From Myxococcota bacterium (GTDB taxonomy: Bacteria > Myxococcota > XYA12-FULL-58-9 > JALHOP01): 12,764 nucleotides of DNA. Within the stretch, counting starts at the first letter, position 1; the number at the start of each line of letters is the position of its first letter. A model generated the notes under the pieces. It did not search any database. It was not told where the DNA came from and saw only the letters and a list, made by a program, of their open reading frames with translations. This document shows, piece after piece, positions 1-7,007 of the stretch. The stretch spans positions 1 to 12,764 of the forward strand of contig JBGGMJ010000061.1 of the NCBI GenBank assembly GCA_041288095.1. Reading direction: 5' to 3'. Made by a program: the position numbers and the translations under genes.

Positions 1-1748
1 CGCCCCGAATACGGCTCCGTGGTGACGCGCACCCGGCCGGTCTTGAAGGCGTTCATGCCGACGCCGTCGCCGCTGTAGACCTGGAGTACGTTGAAGTCGC
101 TCGAGCGGATGCCGTCCGGCCCCCAGTCGACGATGGGGAAGGCGCCATCCCAACCCGCATTGGGTAGCGACGACACGACCACCGGGCCAGGGGTAAGCCA
201 CCGTGGCGGCGGATCGGCGAACGGCAGATCAGCGTCGAGCACCGCCGTGGTCGCGCCTCGCCCGCCGCATGCGAGGACGTTGACGTTCGCGGTGACCGCA
301 TAGTCGCCCACGGCCGGACTATTGACCACGATGCTCGTCCAATAGGTGGCGACGTTGGCGCTACCCGCCGCTTTAGCGGGCACCGGATTGGGCCCGCGCC
401 AAAGCTCGCTGCCGGTGCCACTGAAGCTCGCCGCGGCGGTGGTCCTGTGCGTGAAGGTGACGACTTGCGAGCCGATTCCGCACAGAGGCTGGCCATCGAA
501 CGCGGCCACGGTGATGCCGACGAGCACATCGTAGGTCCAGATCGACGGCTGCTCTGGCACCGTGCGGATGCCGACGATTTGAACGCCTTGACCGTTGCGC
601 GCGCGCACACGCAACACGCGCAGCGCGTGTTGACCGCCGAGGTCGGCGACGTCGACGCCAAAGAAGACGTCGCTCGCGAGGTCGAGGCCCGCGAGTTCGA
701 GCGCGCAGCTGACGCGCGACGCGCTCACCTGTGTCGCGGTGCAGCGGTTGCTGGTCTCGCTGCCAACGGTCACGAAGACGCTGCTCGCGGTGATGCCTTC
801 GTTGGCATCGAGGACCAGGGTCATGGCCGCGAGGCCCGGTTCCACGAAGGGTGGGTCCGCGGTCCCATTGAACGACGGTGGCGTGAGATCGCGCGCGACG
901 CGGGTTTCCTCGCAGCTCCCCGGCACCTGCGCGTAGCGCACCGCCACGGTGTAGGCGCGCTCGGTAGCGAGCTTGATGCCGTCCGCGGTGCACGGCACGA
1001 ACGTGGCGCTCGCGCAGCTCGCGTCGACCGCGCATTCGAGGCTCAAACCGTTGGCCTCCAGTGTCGGAAAGCTCTGACCGAGAGCGTCGACGTCGAGGCC
1101 GTCGATGTCGATCGTCGCGTCGAGCGACAAAGGCAACGGTGTATCGATGCGGAAGCTGCTGGTCGCGAGTGGCAGGGCCGCCTCGCCGCCGCTAAAGCGG
1201 TCAGGCACCGAGAAGACGATGGACCGACCGGCGGGGATCTCGATGGCCACGTCAGTCGTGAACGGCGTGAGCGCGGTGAAACCGGTGTCGACGTCCTGCA
1301 AGGTGAGCGGCAAGATCTCGCCGAGCACGCCCTGTGGAATGCCGCGCACGGTCACGGTGGGAACGACGGTGCCGCTCACTCCCGGGGCCTGCGCCAGTGT
1401 CAGGTCCAGCTGCGTGGTGCCCACCTCGGGCGTGACCAGCTGCGTGCTGGAGAAGGCACGCCACCGCGAGGTCTCGAAGGTGAAGACAGTCCCGGTGATG
1501 GTCGCTGGGACGCCAACGCGCAGGCTCAGGGTCGCGGTGTCGGCATCGCCGGCGATGTCGGCGCTCGTGATCTCGCCATCTTGTATGGCGGACACTCGCG
1601 CCAGCACCACGGTGCTGGTCGACGAGCTGAGGGGCGCCCGCAGCACCACCTGCGTGAAACCACGGTCGTTGCGCGCGCAAGCCGCGGCCACGAAAAGGAG
1701 GAACGAGCTCGCGATGATTTGCGAAGCACGGCTAGGAGGGCGGCGCAT
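1..1748 (-). CDS. Large beta-strand-rich (Ig-like/adhesin-like) lipoprotein of unknown function; 3' end lies outside the window
   Basis: Hand translation from ATG at 1748 is open to the left edge (582 codons, no stop), so it is absent from the ORF track. The N-terminus MRRPPSRASQIIASSFLLFVAAA|C has a basic n-region, a hydrophobic h-region and a lipobox Cys24 (1677-1679). The mature region is rich in T/V/S/G with alternating beta-strand patterns and motifs such as LECAVDASCASATFVPC and VARDLTPPSF. The long 447..2846 + ORF is its exact antisense shadow. Confidence 0.85.
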   Translation of the reverse strand, partial: MRRPPSRASQIIASSFLLFVAAACARNDRGFTQVVLRAPLSSSTSTVVLARVSAIQDGEITSADIAGDADTATLSLRVGVPATITGTVFTFETSRWRAFSSTQLVTPEVGTTQLDLTLAQAPGVSGTVVPTVTVRGIPQGVLGEILPLTLQDVDTGFTALTPFTTDVAIEIPAGRSIVFSVPDRFSGGEAALPLATSSFRIDTPLPLSLDATIDIDGLDVDALGQSFPTLEANGLSLECAVDASCASATFVPCTADGIKLATERAYTVAVRYAQVPGSCEETRVARDLTPPSFNGTADPPFVEPGLAAMTLVLDANEGITASSVFVTVGSETSNRCTATQVSASRVSCALELAGLDLASDVFFGVDVADLGGQHALRVLRVRARNGQGVQIVGIRTVPEQPSIWTYDVLVGITVAAFDGQPLCGIGSQVVTFTHRTTAAASFSGTGSELWRGPNPVPAKAAGSANVATYWTSIVVNSPAVGDYAVTANVNVLACGGRGATTAVLDADLPFADPPPRWLTPGPVVVSSLPNAGWDGAFPIVDWGPDGIRSSDFNVLQVYSGDGVGMNAFKTGRVRVTTEPYSG

Positions 1749-1824
1749 TCGGGCGAGAGCTATTACACGACGGGTACGTCTTCTCAAAGCCTGCCCATCG
1801 ACGTACGCTCCGCCCTGAGGTTTC

Positions 1825-2946
1825 GTGAGCTTCGACCCGAAAATCACAAAAATAGGACCCCACGTGCCGACGGCGGCTGCCGGCGAAGCCCGGGTCGACG
1901 TGCCGGTCACGCCCAAGGAGCGGCCCGCGCAACAGCTCACGACTCCGGATCTCGAAGCCGCTCGCGTCGCCACCAAGCAGAAGGAGTCAGTCGAGCGCCA
2001 GATGCCTCGGCTCGAGCGCGGCGGCTCCTCGAAGCTCGAGCAACGCTTCGCGGAGCTCGAGCTCGCGCTCGCCAAGAAAAACCTCGCCCGCGCCGAGGCG
2101 GCAAAGGCTGCTTTAGCGTTCTGCGTGAGCTACGCCGTGCGCGGCTCGCGTGGCGGCCGGTCGCGAGCACTGGGTCTCTGTGCCCAGCTCGAGCAGCTCC
2201 CCGAACACGAAGCGGACGCCGCCGGGTTGCGCGCCGGCGTCATCCTCGACGAGGCCATGCAAGAGGCCAACCGCGACGGGTTGCTCGCCGGCCTGACCGC
2301 GACCGCGCAGGTGGACGAGTCAGCCGATGCCGGTGTGCGCGCCTTCGGCCTCGCCCAGGCCTCGCAGGCATTGGCGATGCTCGCCGAACACTTCCCCGCG
2401 ACCCTCGAGGAAATCGACTCGCCACTCGAGCGCGCCTTTGGTCTCGCCGAGGAAGCGCTGGCGCTCGCACCCGAGCTCGCCGAGGCCCACGTCGCGCTGG
2501 CCCAGCTGGTGCTCCTCCACGGCGATCACGATGCCATGCGCGACGCCGAGACCCTCGTGCGCCGCGCGCTCGAGCTCGAGCCTCATCACGATGGCGCGAC
2601 CTTCACGCTCGCGACCCTCGCCTACTGCCGACACGATCCGGCGCGGGCTCTGGAGCTGCTCGCCGAGATCCAGGCACACGGGGCACCTCGCCCTCAGGTG
2701 CAGCTGCTGGCGGCGCGCGCCCAGCGGGCCGTGAAAGCGGTCGCCGAAGCGGACGCCACCCTGCAACGCGCTATCGCGGCCTTTCCCGAGCTCGCCGCGC
2801 TGCACGTCGAGGCGCACGTCGTCGCGAGGCTCTTGAAAGACGATGAACGGGCCGCCAGGCACCGCGAGCGCGCCGCCGACATCTTGGGCGATGCAATCGA
2901 CGTGGATGACGCTATCGCGCTTTGCTTCAAGGGCCACAGCGGCTAA
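1825..2946 (+). CDS. Tetratricopeptide-repeat (TPR) protein, 373 aa, with a low-complexity N-terminal extension
   Basis: GTG start preceded by GAGG. Helical, A/L/E-rich sequence with TPR-like units AEEALALAPELAEAHVALAQL, VRRALELEPHHDGATFTLATL and LQRAIAAFPELAALHVEA. High-GC3 codon pattern. No signal peptide. Confidence 0.8.
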   Translation: MSFDPKITKIGPHVPTAAAGEARVDVPVTPKERPAQQLTTPDLEAARVATKQKESVERQMPRLERGGSSKLEQRFAELELALAKKNLARAEAAKAALAFCVSYAVRGSRGGRSRALGLCAQLEQLPEHEADAAGLRAGVILDEAMQEANRDGLLAGLTATAQVDESADAGVRAFGLAQASQALAMLAEHFPATLEEIDSPLERAFGLAEEALALAPELAEAHVALAQLVLLHGDHDAMRDAETLVRRALELEPHHDGATFTLATLAYCRHDPARALELLAEIQAHGAPRPQVQLLAARAQRAVKAVAEADATLQRAIAAFPELAALHVEAHVVARLLKDDERAARHRERAADILGDAIDVDDAIALCFKGHSG

Positions 2947-2957
2947 GGTGCGCCGCC

Positions 2958-3833
2958 ATGAAAAAGCTCTTCCTCATGGCGGCGCTCTGCACCGCCGCTG
3001 CCGCTTGCACCAAAGACAGCTCGACTAGCGACACCAAGCAAACCAACAGCGAAAGCAAGACCGCCATGCCCGCTAACGATCCCAACGCCATTCCCGCTCC
3101 GTCCGACGTCGCGGCCGCTCCAGCGGACGCCGAGAAGACCGCGTCGGGCCTCGCCTCGAAGGTGTTGACCGCGGGTGGCGGCATGGAGAAGCCCGGCGAA
3201 AAGGACACCGTCCGCGTTCACTACACCGGCTGGACCACCGACGGTCACATGTTCGACAGCTCGGTCGCGCGCAACGATCCCGCGGTCTTCCCGCTCGATC
3301 GCGTCATCAAGGGCTGGACCGAAGGCCTGCAGCTCATGAGCGTCGGCGAGAAGCGCCGCTTCTGGATCCCCGCCGAGCTCGCGTACGGCACGACGCCCCG
3401 CCGCCCCGGCGCGCCCGCCGGCATGCTGGTGTTCGACGTCGAGCTTCTCGGCATCCTCAAAGCCCCGACCGCTCCAGCGGACGTCGCCGCCGCGCCCAAG
3501 GACGCCAAGAAGACCGCTTCGGGCCTCGCCTACAAGGTCGTCACCGCCGGCACCGGGACGCGCAAGCCCCAGGCCACCGATCAAGTCCAGGTCCACTACA
3601 CCGGTTGGACCACCGACGGAAAAATGTTCGACAGCTCGGTCACCCGCGGCAAACCGGCCACCTTCCCGCTCAACGGCGTCATCAAGGGCTGGACCGAAGG
3701 CGTGCAGCTCATGGTCGAGGGCGAGAAGACCCGCTTCTGGATCCCCGCCAACATGGCCTACGGCGAAAACGCAGGCGGCGGCCGCCCGAGCGGCTTGCTG
3801 GTGTTCGACATCGAGCTGCTGAAGATACTTTAA
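2958..3833 (+). CDS. FKBP-type peptidyl-prolyl cis-trans isomerase with two tandem FKBP domains, lipoprotein (291 aa)
   Basis: The likely start is ATG 2958 (AAGG overlapping the upstream TAA), giving the signal/lipobox MKKLFLMAALCTAAAA|C. There are two copies of the FKBP signature V.VHYTGW..DG.MFDSS..R..P..FPL..VIKGWTEG.QLM..GEK.RFWIPA..AYG...LVFD.ELL. Confidence 0.95.
   Translation: MKKLFLMAALCTAAAACTKDSSTSDTKQTNSESKTAMPANDPNAIPAPSDVAAAPADAEKTASGLASKVLTAGGGMEKPGEKDTVRVHYTGWTTDGHMFDSSVARNDPAVFPLDRVIKGWTEGLQLMSVGEKRRFWIPAELAYGTTPRRPGAPAGMLVFDVELLGILKAPTAPADVAAAPKDAKKTASGLAYKVVTAGTGTRKPQATDQVQVHYTGWTTDGKMFDSSVTRGKPATFPLNGVIKGWTEGVQLMVEGEKTRFWIPANMAYGENAGGGRPSGLLVFDIELLKIL
3096..3830 (+). repeat. 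Intragenic tandem duplication of the FKBP domain (3096-3458 and 3471-3830)
   Basis: Hand alignment of the two ~120-aa units gives roughly 70% identity. Long shared DNA stretches are visible, e.g. cgtcatcaagggctggaccgaaggc and cgcttctggatccccgcc. Confidence 0.9.
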
Positions 3834-3842
3834 TGACCGCGC

Positions 3843-3869
3843 CGCGGGGGCGGCGTCGCCCGCCCTGCG
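3843..3869. terminator. GC-rich hairpin between convergent genes; possible bidirectional terminator or pause site
   Basis: GGGCGG (3848-3853) pairs with CCGCCC (3860-3865) and can be extended with a G-U pair and a bulge. It lies in the 40-bp gap between the convergent stops at 3833 and 3874. There is no U-tract on either strand. Confidence 0.35.
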
Positions 3870-3873
3870 CTTG

Positions 3874-5241
3874 CTACGTGTCGGGCTCGTCGAGCTTGCG
3901 GTAGATGGTGCGCGTGGCAATGCCGAGCAGACGCGCCGCCGTGCTCTTGTCGCCGCCGCAGCGCTCGAGTGTTTCCTTGATCAGTCTGCGCTCGATGTCC
4001 TCGAGCGGCGTCCCGAAAGGCACGTACATGCCCTTCGAATCGTCGCGGCGCGCCGTGCTCACCGCGCTGCGCACGTTCTCCGGCAGATCATCGACGCCGA
4101 TCACTTCGCTCTTCGCGAGCACCACCGCGCGCTCGATGGTGTTCTCGAGCTCGCGCACGTTGCCGGGCCAGGCGTGGGCGTCGAGGGCTTTCATCGCGGC
4201 CTCGGAGAATCCACGCAGCGACTTCTTGTTCTTGGTCGCGAACTTGGTGAGGAAGTGCTGCGCTAGCAACGGCACGTCGCCATAGCGGTGCCTGAGCGGT
4301 GGCACGGCGACGCGAATGACATTCAAGCGATAGTACAAATCCTCGCGGAAACGCCCTTCGCGGACGTCGTCTTCGAGGTTGCGATTGGTCGCGGCGATGA
4401 CGCGGACGTCGACCTTCAACGTGTCGTTGCCGCCGACGCGCTCGATCTCGCCTTCTTGCAAGACGCGCAAGAGACGCACCTGCACCGCCGACGTGGTCTC
4501 GCCGATCTCGTCCAAGACGATGGTGCCGCCGCTGGCGCGCTCGAATCGGCCTTCGCGCCGCGCCGCGGCCCCGGTGAAAGCGCCTTTCTCGTGACCGAAG
4601 AGCTCGCTCTCGAGCAGCCCCTCCGGCAGAGCACCGCAATTGACCGCGACGTACGGTCCGCTGGAGCGGTCAGAGAGCTTGTGCACGCGCCGAGCCAGCA
4701 GCTCCTTGCCGGTACCGCTCTCACCGACCAGCAAGATGGTCGCCTGCGAGGGAGCAGCCTGGGCCAGCATCTCCAAGGTGGCTTTCAGAGCCACCGACGA
4801 GCCAGCGATCTCGGAGTCGGCGCTCGCCTGCACGGCTTCGCGCAGCACTCTGTTTTCGCGGACGAGACCCTGCCGCTCGAGGGCGCGCTGCACCGAGCTG
4901 ACCACCACCGCCCGCTTCAACGGCTTGGGAATGAAGTCGTAGGCACCCTCCCGCATGCACTCGACGGCGTTCTCGACCGTGCCGAAGGCGGTCATCATGA
5001 CGACCTCGATGGCTGGTGAGATCGCCTTCACCGCGCGTAGCAGCTCGATGCCGCTCATCTTCGGCATCATGACGTCGGAGAGAATGAGATTGATGCGCTC
5101 GCCGCGGACCTTATCGAGCGCTTCGGTGCCGCTATCCGTGATGGTCACCACGAAGCCCTCGCGCTCGAGGATCTTCTGCAGCGACTCGCGGATGCCCGGC
5201 TCGTCGTCGACGACTAATATGTGCTCGCCCGCCACAGACAT
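3874..5241 (-). CDS. Sigma54-dependent response regulator, NtrC/AtoC/ZraR family (REC - AAA+ - Fis HTH), 455 aa
   Basis: Receiver motifs ILVVDDE, LSDVMMP (phospho-Asp), MTAFG and FIPKP. Walker A GESGTGKE, ESELFGHEKGAFTGA, Walker B VLDEIGE, FREDLYYRLNV, WPGNVRELEN. C-terminal HTH GDKSTAARLLGIATRTIYRKL. Confidence 0.97.
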   Translation of the reverse strand: MSVAGEHILVVDDEPGIRESLQKILEREGFVVTITDSGTEALDKVRGERINLILSDVMMPKMSGIELLRAVKAISPAIEVVMMTAFGTVENAVECMREGAYDFIPKPLKRAVVVSSVQRALERQGLVRENRVLREAVQASADSEIAGSSVALKATLEMLAQAAPSQATILLVGESGTGKELLARRVHKLSDRSSGPYVAVNCGALPEGLLESELFGHEKGAFTGAAARREGRFERASGGTIVLDEIGETTSAVQVRLLRVLQEGEIERVGGNDTLKVDVRVIAATNRNLEDDVREGRFREDLYYRLNVIRVAVPPLRHRYGDVPLLAQHFLTKFATKNKKSLRGFSEAAMKALDAHAWPGNVRELENTIERAVVLAKSEVIGVDDLPENVRSAVSTARRDDSKGMYVPFGTPLEDIERRLIKETLERCGGDKSTAARLLGIATRTIYRKLDEPDT

Positions 5242-5313
5242 TGTTTACCGCCGAGTTGCCGGGCGCGTACAGGCTTGCGTCCGTAAACCCTTCCGGGCAG
5301 GTCTTCATTCCCC

Positions 5314-6963
5314 ATGGCGCTGCTACGCGGTGCTGACGCGCTCGAGCGCGCCCGCTCCCTATTCCAGGATCCCAAGGCGATCGTCGGTGTCGAGGCCGAT
5401 CGCGACAGCCGGGGTGCGCCCCCACGGGTCATCGCCCTGGGCACCGCGAACGATAGCCTGGCCATCGACGTCGCCGGCACTCCCGGCATGACCGCCCTGC
5501 TCGGAGCTCACGATCGCCCGTTCGGCGCGGTGCACGCCAAGGCCCTGCATCGCGTCCTTCTGCGTCTCGGAGAGGGACCACTGCCGAGCCGCTGGGCCGA
5601 CGCGGTCATCGCGGAACAGCTCCTGCTGGGCGGCCGCGAGGGTTCGATCGACCCCGACGCGGTTGCCATGCGGCACCTGCGCGAGCCCTTACCCTCCGCC
5701 GAAACCGGCCTCGAGTCGCTCAAGGCCCGCGCGTCCGCTATCGCGCGCTTGGTGGCTGCGCAGATCCCACGGCTGCGCGAAGACGAGCTGGTCCTCACGT
5801 CGCGCCTAGAGGCAGCGGCGGTCGCGCCCATCGCCGAGATGGAAGCGAAGGGCATGCCCTTCGACGCCCAGCGCTGGAAAGGCATCGACGCCGAGGTACG
5901 GGCCGAGCAAAAGGACCTACGCGCGAAGATCATGCCGCACTTCGCCAAGGTCACCGGCAACGACCTCTTCGGTGGCGCGACCCTCAACCTCGACAACGAC
6001 AACGAGCTCAAGAAGGCACTCGCGGCGATAGGCCACCGCGTCGAAAACGCGAAGCGCGAGACCCTGCAGCGCCTCCCGGAGCCACTCGGCCCCCTGCTCG
6101 CCCGCTATCGCGAAGTGATGAAGCTGGTAAGCGCCTATGGCGAGGCGTTTCTCGAGTACGTTGGAGCGGACGGCCGCTTGCACCCGACCTTCACGCAGAT
6201 CGGCGCCAACACGGGCCGTATGGCCTGTCACTCGCCGAACCTGCAGTCGATGGTAAAAGACTCTCCCCATCGCACCTGCTTTCGCGTCGCCGAAGATCGC
6301 GCCCTGGTCACCGCGGACTACGGCGCCTGCGAGCTACGCATCATCGCGGAGCTGTCGGGCGACCCGGTGTTCGCCGAAGCCTTCGCGCGCGGCGAGGACC
6401 TGCACGCGCGCGTCGCTACCGCTATCTTCGGCAAGCCGGTCTCGAAGAACGAGAATCCAGAGCTACGCCAGCGCGCCAAGGCGGTGAACTTCGGGCTCGC
6501 CTACGGCATGGGCGCGCAGGGTCTCGCGCGCGCCATCGACACCGACGTCAACCAGGCGCGCCAGCTCCTGGAGCGCTACTTCAAGAGTTTCCCGCGCATC
6601 CGCGCCTTTCTCGAGCGCAGCGCCGAAGAGGGCCTTTCTCGCGGCTTCGCGCGCACCATGACCGGCCGCCGCCTCTATCTCGAGGGCGAGCGCTCGCAGC
6701 TCGAACGCATCGCCAAGAACATGCCCATCCAGGGCACGAACGCGGACATCACCAAGATCGCGCTGGCCCGGCTCCGAGGCCGTTTGGGAACGGATCGTCT
6801 CGTTAATGTCGTGCACGACGAAATCGTCTGCGAATGCGCCAAAGTCGAAGCCGAAGACGTGGCCACCGCGATGCGCGAGGAGATGGTCGCCGCCGGGGCT
6901 CAGGTCCTGAAGACCATTCCGCTGACCGTCGACGTCAGTGTCGGGGAAATTTGGGGCAAATGA
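5314..6963 (+). CDS. Family A DNA polymerase, compact accessory PolA-like type (degenerate 3'-5' exonuclease fold plus polymerase domain, no 5'-3' nuclease), 549 aa
   Basis: DGRLHPTFTQIGANTGRMACHSPNLQ, motif A ADYGACELRIIAELSGD, DLHARVA, motif B RQRAKAVNFGLAYGMG, NMPIQGTNADITK and motif C VHDEIVCE. An in-frame TAA at 5284-5286 and the divergent gene ending at 5241 exclude an N-terminal 5' nuclease domain. Not called polA because it is probably not the housekeeping Pol I. Confidence 0.93.
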   Translation: MALLRGADALERARSLFQDPKAIVGVEADRDSRGAPPRVIALGTANDSLAIDVAGTPGMTALLGAHDRPFGAVHAKALHRVLLRLGEGPLPSRWADAVIAEQLLLGGREGSIDPDAVAMRHLREPLPSAETGLESLKARASAIARLVAAQIPRLREDELVLTSRLEAAAVAPIAEMEAKGMPFDAQRWKGIDAEVRAEQKDLRAKIMPHFAKVTGNDLFGGATLNLDNDNELKKALAAIGHRVENAKRETLQRLPEPLGPLLARYREVMKLVSAYGEAFLEYVGADGRLHPTFTQIGANTGRMACHSPNLQSMVKDSPHRTCFRVAEDRALVTADYGACELRIIAELSGDPVFAEAFARGEDLHARVATAIFGKPVSKNENPELRQRAKAVNFGLAYGMGAQGLARAIDTDVNQARQLLERYFKSFPRIRAFLERSAEEGLSRGFARTMTGRRLYLEGERSQLERIAKNMPIQGTNADITKIALARLRGRLGTDRLVNVVHDEIVCECAKVEAEDVATAMREEMVAAGAQVLKTIPLTVDVSVGEIWGK

Positions 6964-6968
6964 CGAGG

Positions 6969-6999
6969 TTGTCAGAGGATCCGCCACTCTTATAAGGAG
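6969..6999 (+). promoter_or_regulatory. Sigma70-like promoter (TTGTCA-N16-TATAAG) overlapping the Shine-Dalgarno AAGGAG of the exporter operon
   Basis: TTGTCA at 6969-6974 and TATAAG at 6991-6996 each match consensus at 5/6 positions, though the conserved last T of the -10 is missing. AAGGAG at 6994-6999 lies 8 nt before ATG 7008. The SD is well supported and the promoter is tentative. Confidence 0.4.
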
Positions 7000-7007
7000 C
7001 GGCGCGG

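Noticed and set aside
447..2846. 799-aa + strand ORF
   Set aside because: It is the in-register antisense shadow of the lipoprotein gene, continuing as an off-frame R/A/G-rich read of the TPR gene. This is a typical high-GC artefact with no recognisable motifs.
2922..2957. ORF-track start for the FKBP gene at 2922
   Set aside because: ATG 2958 has an SD and yields a clean lipoprotein signal. The longer start overlaps the TPR gene.
2320..3920. Minus-strand ORFs 2320..2937 and 2943..3920
   Set aside because: They are antisense shadows of the TPR and FKBP genes. The internal repeat in 2943..3920 simply mirrors the FKBP duplication.
5242..5313. Sigma54 (-24/-12) promoter or LexA/SOS box upstream of the polymerase
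   Set aside because: Only a bare GG-N10-GC is present, without the TGGCAC/TTGC context. I recognise no SOS-box palindrome with the right spacing.
5314..6963. Prophage- or plasmid-borne polymerase, or a defence island
   Set aside because: There are no integrase, primase/helicase, structural or defence genes nearby. Codon style and GC look like those of the neighbouring genes.
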